IMG/VR virus record: IMGVR_UViG_3300025691_000004
Strand: one strand, 5' to 3'
Length of the DNA stretch: 20,000 nt
Source: an uncultured virus (IMG/VR IMGVR_UViG_3300025691_000004)
Taxonomy: Duplodnaviria > Heunggongvirae > Uroviricota > Caudoviricetes
Every line of letters starts with the position of its first letter. The stretch's first letter is position 1. Positions 1-7,799 of this stretch are shown here, piece by piece. The notes below the pieces were generated by a model. The model saw only the letters and a program-made list of their open reading frames with translations, was not told where the DNA came from and made no database searches. The translations under genes were made by a program, and so were the position numbers.

Positions 1-2202
1 ATCGAGCAGACCAACCTGATGCGCGTGCTGGAGAACTTCGCAGCTCCGGTACCTCCAGCCAATCCAACGGTCGGTATGAACTGGTACGACAGCACCAAGA
101 AGGTGCTGAACGTCTGCGTTTCGACTGTGCCGCTCGTGTGGCAGTCCATGGGTGGCATCACTATTGGCTCAGCTCCACCGGCCTCTCCTCAGCTTGGCGA
201 CCTCTGGGTCAACCAGGTGAACGACGTCACCGCGGCGATGTACATGTACACCGGCGTTGGCCGCTACCCAGCAACCGCCTGGGACGCCTACACGGTTGGC
301 TACTACGGCGCCGCCTCCACGCTGGTGGCCCCGTACCCTGGCATCCTGCTCAACTACAACACGTTCAGCACCACCAACTACAATGAGGCCTACATTCACG
401 GCTTCTCGGGTGCAACGCCAGCCGACGTCGATCCGCAGATCCTCGTCAACGGCGTGCTGACCAACATGCCGCGCGGCGTGATGTTCACCGGCGAGAAGGT
501 TGCCCGTGGCTTCATCGTGTGGGACACCACTGCCACCCTCACCTCCACTGGCGGTGCCTCGCACTTCTTTGGCGTGCGCGACGTTGGCGCCGGCAAGTGG
601 GAGTACGACACCAACTCCGGTTGGGCGCCCTTCACGCCAGTCAGCGGCATGTACGTCGTTGGCACCTACTCGTCGGCGGTCGTTGACACCAACACCGCAC
701 CTGGCCTTACCGCTGGCGCAGTGTGGCAGGAAACCCGCGACCTCACCACTTTCGTTGGCGCTGCCCAGACCTCCGCCAACGGCGCTGGTGGTTGGGAGCA
801 GATCTTCCCGACGGTAGAGTACCACGGCGCCCGCGCCGAGTTCGATGAGATGCTGCAGCTCCTGCTCGCCTTCATCGGCTCGCCTGAGACGTGGGGCGGC
901 AACGGCATGATCGAAGGTCTGCCGTTCCCTGACCTCGCGACCCTCGATGCAAGCGTCCAGCTGGCGTACGCCAACGCCACCAACAACGGCCTCGACACCG
1001 TCACCGAGCCGCTCGCCTCCGCTGCTCTGCGCGTTGAACCGAACTCGCAGGACTGGGACCTGCTCCTCGCCGCCGCCAAGCTCGCGCTGAACCGCCTCGA
1101 TGTACCGGTCGGTTACGCCCTCGACGTATCGCCGCAGCCGTTCACGATGGACGGCCTGCCACCTGCCGCACCGGTTGTCGCGCTGCCAACCACCGACATC
1201 CGCTACCCAACGGCTGCTCGCCTCGCCAAGCGCCGCGTCGGTTCGGTCACGTCCTCGCGCACGTACACCGAGACGATGAACCTGCTGGCCAATGCCACGG
1301 CCCTGCGCTACCAGCTGAAGACGTACTCAGGCAACAACAGCACGAACTCCTCACCTCTGCTGACGTCGGCTCCGTACTTCCAGTCGCAGCACCAGGCGCT
1401 GTACACCGGCGGTTCGTTCACGACGATGGAGCTGCGCTTCGCCTTCGCGAACGATCACGACCTGCGCACGTTCTTCGCCGGCGGCAACTGCATCGACGTG
1501 CTGCCAAGCTACACGCTGCCTGGCTCGCCGACCGCCAACGACACCAACTGGCAGGCCTTCCTCCAGACCTGCGCCCGCATCCGCATCTCGCAGGACATGG
1601 TGCGCGTCTTCGACAACGGCGCTCCAGCCAACCTGACGCAGGCCCCAATTGCCGGCGGCTTCGCGAACACGGGCACCAGCCCAACCTTCGCCACGCTGGC
1701 GACCATCACGAGCGGCAGCTACTCGGCAGCCATCAGCACCTCCAAGGCAGGCGGTGACCTGCGCGTGCGCATCATCCTGAACGCACCAAGCGCCCTGGGT
1801 GGTACGTCGCAGGTTCGCTACGCCGTCATCCACGACTGCGTCTCGCACGACGCCGATGTGCCGTTCTTCTCTCGTCCTGCGTTCTTCGTCGCAGGTTCCG
1901 ACGACGCCGCGAAGGACCCGATCTGGACGAACATCGTCATCTCGACCCCTCCAACCTCTGCCTTCTCGGCTTCGGCAGTGACTGGTGCAGCTCCGCTGTC
2001 GGTCAACTTCAACTGGACAGGTGTCAACCTGGGTGCAGGCACGGTTGACTGGGACTTCGAGAGCGACGGCACCGTGGACAGCAGCGGTACGAGCGTGTCG
2101 CACACGTACACGCAACCTGGCTACTACACCGTCACGATCTACGCAGGCTCGTCAGGTGCACGCGACGCGCTGCAGCGCGTGTCCTACATTCATGTGACGT
2201 AA
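1..2202 (+). CDS. Probable virion structural protein (baseplate/tail-fibre-like) with C-terminal PKD (Ig-like) domain; 5'-truncated
   Basis: Frame is open from base 1 (IEQTNLMRVLENFA), so the true start is probably upstream of the window. The LENFA motif followed by two P-x-x-P-x-x-G-x-x-W-x-D/N motifs (PANPTVGMNWYDS, PASPQLGDLWVN) is typical of phage tail/baseplate proteins. The last ~85 aa (PPTSAFSASAVTGAAPLSVNF...WDFESDG...SHTYTQPGYYTVTI) match a PKD domain pattern. Confidence 0.75.
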   Translation: MEQTNLMRVLENFAAPVPPANPTVGMNWYDSTKKVLNVCVSTVPLVWQSMGGITIGSAPPASPQLGDLWVNQVNDVTAAMYMYTGVGRYPATAWDAYTVGYYGAASTLVAPYPGILLNYNTFSTTNYNEAYIHGFSGATPADVDPQILVNGVLTNMPRGVMFTGEKVARGFIVWDTTATLTSTGGASHFFGVRDVGAGKWEYDTNSGWAPFTPVSGMYVVGTYSSAVVDTNTAPGLTAGAVWQETRDLTTFVGAAQTSANGAGGWEQIFPTVEYHGARAEFDEMLQLLLAFIGSPETWGGNGMIEGLPFPDLATLDASVQLAYANATNNGLDTVTEPLASAALRVEPNSQDWDLLLAAAKLALNRLDVPVGYALDVSPQPFTMDGLPPAAPVVALPTTDIRYPTAARLAKRRVGSVTSSRTYTETMNLLANATALRYQLKTYSGNNSTNSSPLLTSAPYFQSQHQALYTGGSFTTMELRFAFANDHDLRTFFAGGNCIDVLPSYTLPGSPTANDTNWQAFLQTCARIRISQDMVRVFDNGAPANLTQAPIAGGFANTGTSPTFATLATITSGSYSAAISTSKAGGDLRVRIILNAPSALGGTSQVRYAVIHDCVSHDADVPFFSRPAFFVAGSDDAAKDPIWTNIVISTPPTSAFSASAVTGAAPLSVNFNWTGVNLGAGTVDWDFESDGTVDSSGTSVSHTYTQPGYYTVTIYAGSSGARDALQRVSYIHVT

Positions 2203-2215
2203 AGAGGGTTGAGCT

Positions 2216-2245
2216 GTTTACAGGGGGTTCACGGTTGGATAGAAT
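2216..2245 (+). promoter_or_regulatory. Putative early/sigma70-type promoter (GTTTAC-N18-TAGAAT)
   Basis: GTTTAC at 2216-2221 and TAGAAT at 2240-2245 are intergenic. The layout matches four other promoter-like sites in the window and resembles the T4 early -35 (GTTTAC). Confidence 0.55.
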
Positions 2246-2263
2246 GGGCTCAGCACGTTAACA

Positions 2264-2542
2264 ATGAGGAGCCCACTCTTGAAGCAGACCAAACCAATCA
2301 TCGTCCTACCTGGCCAGCTCTACTACGACGAAACGAAGAACGAGTACCTCATCGTTAGCCGTCACCAAGGGGACACGACCTCATACGAAGGTCGCGGCTT
2401 CCGAGGAATGCTGGAGACCGACGAGTTCCTCGAGCGCTTTCAACCTGTCGATCCGGCAGACCTGGAGCAGGAGGAGCTTGACGAGCTGGTCAACCTCTGC
2501 CGAGTTCCAGTGACCCCGAAGATCGGCTTCATCAAGGACTGA
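2264..2542 (+). CDS. Hypothetical protein (92 aa; true start may be the in-frame TTG at 2279)
   Basis: ORF with typical codon bias directly after a promoter-like site. GAGGAG at 2266-2271 lies 7 nt before the in-frame TTG 2279. Confidence 0.7.
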   Translation: MRSPLLKQTKPIIVLPGQLYYDETKNEYLIVSRHQGDTTSYEGRGFRGMLETDEFLERFQPVDPADLEQEELDELVNLCRVPVTPKIGFIKD

Positions 2543-2545
2543 GAC

Positions 2546-3028
2546 ATGGCAAAGATCGTAAGCCGAACCGACACCGACGCAGGTCGCCTCGCTGCCCTCC
2601 AGCAGCTCATCATGGACCACTCGCTGGGCAACATCGGCAAGGCCGAGGACAACCCAAACTTCGTGGTTGCCGACAACTTCGAGGACGGCCTGGACCAGGT
2701 CAACCAGCTGTTCATGGGTCTCAAGGCAGCCCTGGTCGCCATGCGCACCCGGTACGACGTTCTCGACGCCGCCTTCGTGATGACCCGCACCCGTCTCGAG
2801 CTGGTCGAGGACCTGCTGGCCTCCGTCGTGGAGGACATCGACTACGACGAGCCGCTCGACCATGCGACCATGGACCTGATGGACTGCATGGCCTCCCGTG
2901 GAAGCTGCGGCTTCGACGCCGACGGCCACCTCGTCTTCGACGAGCGCTCGCGGTTCTCGAAGGAGGACATCAAGCCCATGCTGCGCGAGGCGATCGTGCG
3001 CTGGGTCGAGCTGAGGATGTCCAAGTGA
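2546..3028 (+). CDS. Hypothetical acidic protein (160 aa)
   Basis: ORF starts 3 nt after the previous stop and has strong third-position GC bias. Its stop overlaps the next start (GTGA). Confidence 0.8.
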   Translation: MAKIVSRTDTDAGRLAALQQLIMDHSLGNIGKAEDNPNFVVADNFEDGLDQVNQLFMGLKAALVAMRTRYDVLDAAFVMTRTRLELVEDLLASVVEDIDYDEPLDHATMDLMDCMASRGSCGFDADGHLVFDERSRFSKEDIKPMLREAIVRWVELRMSK

Positions 3029-3498
3029 ACGCGGAGATCGAGGCCCTCCTGGCCGACGTCCGCGCCTACGGCGACAGCACCCAGCGCTGGGAGCGCCAGC
3101 TTCTTCTCGGCCGCATCGAGATTGCTGCCAAGGCCCTCATCGGACAGGAGCGCGTACCTGACCTGGGCCCATGGCACGCCAACTCCAACGGCACCGTCAT
3201 CTCCTCGGACAGCTTCGACCATGACGTGCAGCTGCGCGTGTCGGGCGACTTCTACAGCGACAGCGACCGCGTGGCCTACACGACCGCCCTCGTCAACCAC
3301 CTCAACGGCAACCAGCCCCTGACCGGTGGCCTGCCGAAGGAACCGCCTGCCTCGCTGATCCACTCCATGTGCATGCGCTACAGGCACGACTACGGCCTCA
3401 TCGCGCCTGAGCACCAGGAGGCAACGCGGTCCATCATGCGCCAGCTCTACAAGGAAGCGGCTGGCCACGGCTTCTTCAAGTGGCCAGGCGACGTGTAA
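3025..3498 (+). CDS. Hypothetical protein (157 aa)
   Basis: GTG start overlaps the upstream stop (GTGA), with GAGG upstream. Codon bias matches neighbouring genes. Confidence 0.75.
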   Translation: MNAEIEALLADVRAYGDSTQRWERQLLLGRIEIAAKALIGQERVPDLGPWHANSNGTVISSDSFDHDVQLRVSGDFYSDSDRVAYTTALVNHLNGNQPLTGGLPKEPPASLIHSMCMRYRHDYGLIAPEHQEATRSIMRQLYKEAAGHGFFKWPGDV

Positions 3499-3553
3499 CA
3501 GATCTTCGTGGTTACAACTTGGTTGTGTACTAGACCGGTGGTTGATGTACAAT
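3494..3553 (+). promoter_or_regulatory. Putative promoter with upstream inverted repeat: TGTAAC-N11-GTTACA-N8-GTGTAC-N17-TACAAT
   Basis: TGTAAC 3494-3499, GTTACA 3511-3516, GTGTAC 3525-3530, TACAAT 3548-3553. Identical spacing is repeated at 4120-4179. Confidence 0.7.
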
Positions 3554-3628
3554 AGCTTCATCGGTTGAGACAAGGTCGAGACCGAGATCGAAAGTCCAAC
3601 CTCTTTGTCAACCACTGGAGATTTCCAC

Positions 3629-3904
3629 ATGACCGAAGCCACCGTCGCCACCACCCCGAAGTCCGTCGCCGCCCGTGCCGCCCGCAAGCGCTTCTCGTTC
3701 GGCAAGGTCTGGAACGCCGCCGTCGTGGCCGGCAAGGCCACCGACGTCGCCAAGCTGGTCGAGCAAGGCGTCCGCCTGAAGGCCGGCAGCCGCTCGGACC
3801 TGAAGAAGCTGAAGCTGGCCACCCTGCGCGCCAAGGTCGCCGCCAAGCTGCAGGCCGCCGAAGCCGCTCCGGTTGCCACCGCCACCGAGGCCACCAGCGC
3901 CTAA
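3629..3904 (+). CDS. Small Ala/Lys/Arg-rich basic protein (91 aa)
   Basis: GGAG at 3617-3620 precedes ATG 3629. It is the first gene after the promoter and is very rich in A/K/R. Confidence 0.75.
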   Translation: MTEATVATTPKSVAARAARKRFSFGKVWNAAVVAGKATDVAKLVEQGVRLKAGSRSDLKKLKLATLRAKVAAKLQAAEAAPVATATEATSA

Positions 3905-3944
3905 GAGCTTTCCGCTCTTCATCTCGCAGGGCCCCTAGGGCCCT
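3903..3944 (+). other. Two adjacent intergenic hairpins (possible terminator or processing structure)
   Basis: AAGAGC-tttcc-GCTCTT at 3903-3919 and AGGGCCC-cta-GGGCCCT at 3928-3944. Neither has a long U-tract. Confidence 0.35.
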
Positions 3945-3965
3945 TGAGGCGCTAGGAGAACCCAC

Positions 3966-4124
3966 ATGAACGCCTACAAGGTCACCTTCGTCTTCCTCGG
4001 CATCATCTACCTGGTGCTGCTGGCTTGGGGAGCAGGCATTCCTTCCCGGGGCGTCATGACCCTGTCCCTCATGGGAGCCTTCGTCTGCTCTCTTGGTTGG
4101 TGGATGGTCGACCGCTACATGTAA
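3966..4124 (+). CDS. Small two-TM membrane protein (52 aa, MNAYKVTFVFLGIIYLVLLAW...WWMVDRYM)
   Basis: Not in the ORF track (below its length cutoff). AGGAG lies upstream of ATG 3966, the stop is TAA 4122-4124, and there are two hydrophobic stretches. Confidence 0.7.
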   Translation: MNAYKVTFVFLGIIYLVLLAWGAGIPSRGVMTLSLMGAFVCSLGWWMVDRYM

Positions 4125-4179
4125 CCGGCTTCGCCCGTTACAATCTAGTTGTGTACTAGATGTGGCAGTGGTGTACAAT
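4120..4179 (+). promoter_or_regulatory. Putative promoter with upstream inverted repeat: TGTAAC-N11-GTTACA-N8-GTGTAC-N17-TACAAT
   Basis: TGTAAC 4120-4125, GTTACA 4137-4142, GTGTAC 4151-4156, TACAAT 4174-4179. Same spacing as at 3494-3553. Confidence 0.7.
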
Positions 4180-4211
4180 ACACCTATCGACCAAGCAACC
4201 TCGGAAGCAAA

Positions 4212-5183
4212 ATGACCAAAGTCGCTGAACTCCGCCACAACGCTACCACCAACAAGTGGGAAGCTTCCTACGCCGGCCAGGTCTTCCTGAAGTCGACGTC
4301 CAAGGACTACGTGGTGGACAAGATCGTCAATCAGATCAGCGAGAAGGCCAAGAAGCTGGGCATCACCGACTACGTCGAAGTGGGTGCCGCTCCTGCCGGT
4401 GCCAAGCGCGAGGTCAACCCCGAGTTGCAGTTCTCTATCGACGAGCGCTTCGACATCCTGACGGACTTCGTCACGATGGTTGCCAAGCGCAACGTTCCCT
4501 CGGCCGTGATCACCGGCTCCGGCGGTCTCGGCAAGACGCACACCGTGCTGGCAGCTCTCGCTGCCGCGGGTCTGAAGAACATCGACGACCTCGAGGTCGG
4601 CGCCGTGATGGACGAAGCTCTCCAGGAAAGCACCTTCCTGATGGTCAAGGGCTTCTCGACGGCCAAGGCTCTCTACCGCACCCTCTACGAGAACCAGAAC
4701 CGAGTGATCGTCTTCGACGACTGCGACAGCATCCAGAAGGACGCGGACGCGGTGAACATCCTCAAGGCTGCCCTCGACAGCTACGAGAGCCGCACGATCT
4801 CGTGGAACTCGGAGAGCCCGTTCGGTAAGGAAGACGCGCTGCCGCGCTCGTTCAAGTTCTACGGTGGCGTCGTGTTCATCAGCAACCTGCCGATGTACAA
4901 GGTGCCGCAGGCCCTGATCAGCCGCTGTCTCGCTGCCGACGTCTCGATGACCCGCGAGGAGATCATCCAGCGCATGACGACCATCGTCAAGGCCGGCGAG
5001 TTCCTCCCGGCTGTCGACATGGAAGTCAAGCTCGAGTGCCTCGAGTACCTGGCGGAAGTCTCGAAGCTGCCGGAAGTGCAGGCCCTGAACCTGCGCTCGC
5101 TGATCAAGACTGTCAACATCCGTCTGTCGGTGCCGAGCAACTGGAAGCGCCGCGCTCTCTACTCGCTGCTGAACGACCGCTGA
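4212..5183 (+). CDS. P-loop/AAA-type ATPase of unknown function (323 aa)
   Basis: Walker A GSGGLGKT, Walker B-like VIVFDDCD, sensor-1-like FISN and ALISR (possible Arg finger). Start placed at ATG 4212 because the track's start at 4149 lies inside the promoter. Confidence 0.85.
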   Translation: MTKVAELRHNATTNKWEASYAGQVFLKSTSKDYVVDKIVNQISEKAKKLGITDYVEVGAAPAGAKREVNPELQFSIDERFDILTDFVTMVAKRNVPSAVITGSGGLGKTHTVLAALAAAGLKNIDDLEVGAVMDEALQESTFLMVKGFSTAKALYRTLYENQNRVIVFDDCDSIQKDADAVNILKAALDSYESRTISWNSESPFGKEDALPRSFKFYGGVVFISNLPMYKVPQALISRCLAADVSMTREEIIQRMTTIVKAGEFLPAVDMEVKLECLEYLAEVSKLPEVQALNLRSLIKTVNIRLSVPSNWKRRALYSLLNDR

Positions 5184-5207
5184 TCGAAGTCCGCCAAGGA
5201 GCCAACC

Positions 5208-5435
5208 ATGAGCCAAGGTCCCTACCCCCGGCCCTTCACCTTCGAGAAGGCGGTGGCCGAGTCCGCCAAGACGATTGCCGAGAACGCGAGCTGGCCTCGC
5301 GGCATCGTGATGGCCGCCATGGCCTTCGCCTTCTCGCTGGCCTACAACCGGCCGATCAAGGAGGTGCACGAGGCCATCAAGGCCGCCACCCTGCCGCGCG
5401 AGTCTGGCGCCTACTGGTTCGGGAAGCAGCTGTGA
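5208..5435 (+). CDS. Hypothetical protein (75 aa)
   Basis: AAGGAG RBS precedes ATG 5208. The stop overlaps the next start. Confidence 0.75.
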   Translation: MSQGPYPRPFTFEKAVAESAKTIAENASWPRGIVMAAMAFAFSLAYNRPIKEVHEAIKAATLPRESGAYWFGKQL

Positions 5436-5638
5436 AGCGCCCTCTCATCGATCCCTCGCTCGCCTACGTCGACCTCGACGAGGAGGGCTACTTCCGGCTC
5501 TGGCTGTCGTACTACCCCGCCGGGTCCGGTCCGCTGGGCGTCATGAAGACCGTCTGCGCCCTCATCGAATCCATCTGCCACCTGCGCGGCATCGACACCA
5601 GCCAGTGGCCCGCCCGCGCCACCAAGGAGCTCTCATGA
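5432..5638 (+). CDS. Hypothetical protein (68 aa, MKRPLIDPSLAYVDLDEEGYFRLW...)
   Basis: GTG 5432 overlaps the upstream TGA. It is the 3' part of track ORF 5036..5638 and fills the gap with overlaps at both ends. Confidence 0.65.
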   Translation: MKRPLIDPSLAYVDLDEEGYFRLWLSYYPAGSGPLGVMKTVCALIESICHLRGIDTSQWPARATKELS

Positions 5639-5799
5639 CCGCCTACCTCGCCGTCACCACGGCCATCTTCACCTTCATGTTCATCATCTGGAGCCGCCGC
5701 AGCTGGATCGACGTGTTCCTCAAGGTCGCGTTCTTCGGCATGGCCGGCTGGTCCGGCTTCCTGCTGTTCGAGGCGCTCGGCTACATCCTGAAGGGCTGA
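5635..5799 (+). CDS. Small two-TM membrane protein (54 aa)
   Basis: AAGGAG RBS and ATGA overlap at 5635-5638. Two hydrophobic segments are separated by SRRSW. Confidence 0.7.
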   Translation: MTAYLAVTTAIFTFMFIIWSRRSWIDVFLKVAFFGMAGWSGFLLFEALGYILKG

Positions 5800-5801
5800 T
5801 C

Positions 5802-6593
5802 ATGGACGACACCGACTTCATCGGCTGGTTCTTCCGGCCCGAGATCAACCAGGAACGGACCTCGATGGTCGAGGACTCGCTGCACTTCATCCGCGAGGGC
5901 CTGCGCGAGGAGTCCGGCCCGCCCAAGCCCAGCGCCATCTACCCGGCGTTCGAGGCGGTGTGCAAGGCCGCGATGTACGACCACCTCAACGCGCCGTTCG
6001 TCATCAAGAAGGGCAAGACCCCGAGGATGGACTACCGCGACGCTGGCGACTCCATGCTGGTGTTCGCAGCGGCCTTCCTCGACGAGCACCAGTGGTCGAA
6101 CTCCGGCGGGCCTATCGCGGCGTGGCGCTGCGGTCCCTTCAGCGACGAACTGCAGCAGCGACTCAACTCCTTCTGGCACCCGACCATCGACGAGGAGCAC
6201 ACCTCCACCCGCGTCGCGTTCGAGGTGGTCTACTCCAACCTGGCTCGTGCCAACACGCGCATCACGCTGCTGAGCACCCTGCGCCGGCTGCTGAAGCTGC
6301 GCGAGCCGGTGAACTTCATGGAGATCCGCACCGAGCTGTGGATGCGCAAGGTCCAGTTCCAGCGCGAGCTGATGGTCCTCGGCGCTCTCGGCGGCGAGGA
6401 GCTGCTGCGCACGGCGGTGGTCACGGTCGCCCCGCAGACCATCATCTCGGGCGACAGGATCACCAAGTACTCGCTGATCCAGCTGGTGCAGCGCGACGGC
6501 TACATGCCTGGCCGCTGGATGTCGGTGACCGAGGACGGCCTCCGAGATGACCTCGAGACCAGCTTCAAGCGCCTGACGGGAGACGCCGCGTGA
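5802..6593 (+). CDS. Hypothetical protein (263 aa)
   Basis: Long ORF with typical codon bias, tightly packed between its neighbours. No recognisable motif. Confidence 0.8.
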   Translation: MDDTDFIGWFFRPEINQERTSMVEDSLHFIREGLREESGPPKPSAIYPAFEAVCKAAMYDHLNAPFVIKKGKTPRMDYRDAGDSMLVFAAAFLDEHQWSNSGGPIAAWRCGPFSDELQQRLNSFWHPTIDEEHTSTRVAFEVVYSNLARANTRITLLSTLRRLLKLREPVNFMEIRTELWMRKVQFQRELMVLGALGGEELLRTAVVTVAPQTIISGDRITKYSLIQLVQRDGYMPGRWMSVTEDGLRDDLETSFKRLTGDAA

Positions 6594-7045
6594 AGGCCGC
6601 GCTCGTCGCGGGTGTCCTGACAGTGGCTGCCGGAGGGGCAGCCGCGGACGAGCTCCTGTTCCACACCTTCTCGGTGCACGGCCACAAGCGCTTCTTCAAC
6701 GACGACGGCTCGTCCGGCGTCTACAACAACACGAACCTCGGCGTTGGCTGGCGCACGGACGGGAGCTACGTGCTGGGCGCGTACTACAACTCGTACCGTC
6801 GGCCGACCGTCTACGCCGGCCGCTGGCTGCTGTGGGAGGTGTCCGAGTCCGTGCAGCTCGGTGGGTGGGCTGCCCTGGCCACCGGCTACAAGGACTACAT
6901 CACGCGGCGTGAGCTGAACGTCATCGGCGCTCTGACCTTCCGTTACTCCCTGGGAGGCGGGTACAGCGCGTACATATCTGGAGTGCCCCGTCTCGGGGCC
7001 ACGGATGCCGTCGTCAACTTCACCCTCGGAAAGGAGCTCAGATGA
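6590..7045 (+). CDS. Secreted small outer-membrane beta-barrel protein, PagP-like motif order
   Basis: N-terminal signal peptide (MKAALVAGVLTVAAGGAAA/DE). Motifs S-x-H, NNTNLGVGW, AYYNSY-RR-PTVYAG and LATGY, with alternating hydrophobic/aromatic strands. Confidence 0.65.
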   Translation: MKAALVAGVLTVAAGGAAADELLFHTFSVHGHKRFFNDDGSSGVYNNTNLGVGWRTDGSYVLGAYYNSYRRPTVYAGRWLLWEVSESVQLGGWAALATGYKDYITRRELNVIGALTFRYSLGGGYSAYISGVPRLGATDAVVNFTLGKELR

Positions 7046-7566
7046 AGCGCTTCCTTCTCTTGCTGCTCCTCGCCTGTGGCGTCGCGCATGCCAACCCTGT
7101 CACCGACCTCTACGGGGCTCTCGTCCAAGACGAGGGCCCTTTCTCCATTGAGGAGGTCACGGCCCAGACGCCAAGCCCGCTCCTCACTGGCTACCAGGCC
7201 AAGACGCGCAAGTGCGAGCTGCTCGTCAACACGAACACGTTCCAGGCGACGGGTAGCTGGGCCATCTTCCAGGTGGTGCACGAGGTCGGCCACTGCAAGG
7301 CCCTCCGCGCCGGCGTGACGATCATCGGTGAGCCGAACCAGAACGATGAGGCCATCGCTGACATGTTCGCGGTGGCGTGGATGATGCGCAACATGTCCGA
7401 GCTGCTGCCCGACGCGCTCAACCAGCTCATCGAGCACCGCAAGATCGATCGCATGATCGACCAGCGCTACAACACGTTCACGGCCATCCAGCGCGCGCTG
7501 CGCATCTACCCTCAGTTCCCAGGAGCTGACCCATGGGCGTTCACGATCAAGCAGTTTCAACAGTGA
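7042..7566 (+). CDS. Secreted/periplasmic putative zinc metalloprotease (HEXXH)
   Basis: Signal peptide MKRFLLLLLLACGVAHA/N. HEVGH is followed ~17 aa later by E-x-x-A-D-x-F-A (EAIADMFA), the gluzincin-type third-ligand pattern. Confidence 0.7.
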   Translation: MKRFLLLLLLACGVAHANPVTDLYGALVQDEGPFSIEEVTAQTPSPLLTGYQAKTRKCELLVNTNTFQATGSWAIFQVVHEVGHCKALRAGVTIIGEPNQNDEAIADMFAVAWMMRNMSELLPDALNQLIEHRKIDRMIDQRYNTFTAIQRALRIYPQFPGADPWAFTIKQFQQ

Positions 7567-7799
7567 GCCTGCTCTTCAGCAGCCTCCTCAGCCTGGGCTC
7601 CGCTGCCTGGGTGTGGTGGCTTCCCAGCCACCTGAAGGACGTTGACGCCTACAGCGGAACGCTCATGATCGCCTTTGGGGCGGTGCTGACGATGGGTTCG
7701 CTGGCGCAGGCCAAGGGCGGCCGAGACCGCTTCAACGCGTACTGCGGTGCCTGTGCGTGGCTGCTGGCCGTCGTGATGACGGCCTACCTGCTGCCTTAG
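7563..7799 (+). CDS. Small membrane protein, ~3 TM (78 aa)
   Basis: GTG 7563 overlaps the upstream TGA. Three hydrophobic segments. The stop overlaps the stop of the convergent gene. Confidence 0.6.
   Translation: MSLLFSSLLSLGSAAWVWWLPSHLKDVDAYSGTLMIAFGAVLTMGSLAQAKGGRDRFNAYCGACAWLLAVVMTAYLLP

Noticed and set aside
3494..4179. Repeated GTTACA/GTGTAC segments as CRISPR repeats or att sites
   Set aside because: Copies are short, degenerate, hundreds to thousands of bases apart and separated by genes. Their geometry fits promoters, and no cas or integrase gene is present.
4149..4211. Track-assigned upstream starts (4149; likewise 3605, 13041, 14014, 5605, 7533, 17990)
   Set aside because: These extensions run through promoters or upstream genes, or lack an RBS. 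Downstream starts with an RBS, a stop/start overlap or a better fit to the promoter are preferred.
3558..5369. 603-aa minus-strand ORF (and the 350-aa ORF 2842-3894)
   Set aside because: Overlaps well-supported plus-strand genes that have RBSs, promoters and ATPase motifs. No recognisable domain.
7042..7100. Lipoprotein lipobox (LLAC) in the HEXXH protein
   Set aside because: LLAC is a possible lipobox, but the following GVAHA/N is a good signal peptidase I site. This cannot be resolved by eye, so it is not called a lipoprotein.
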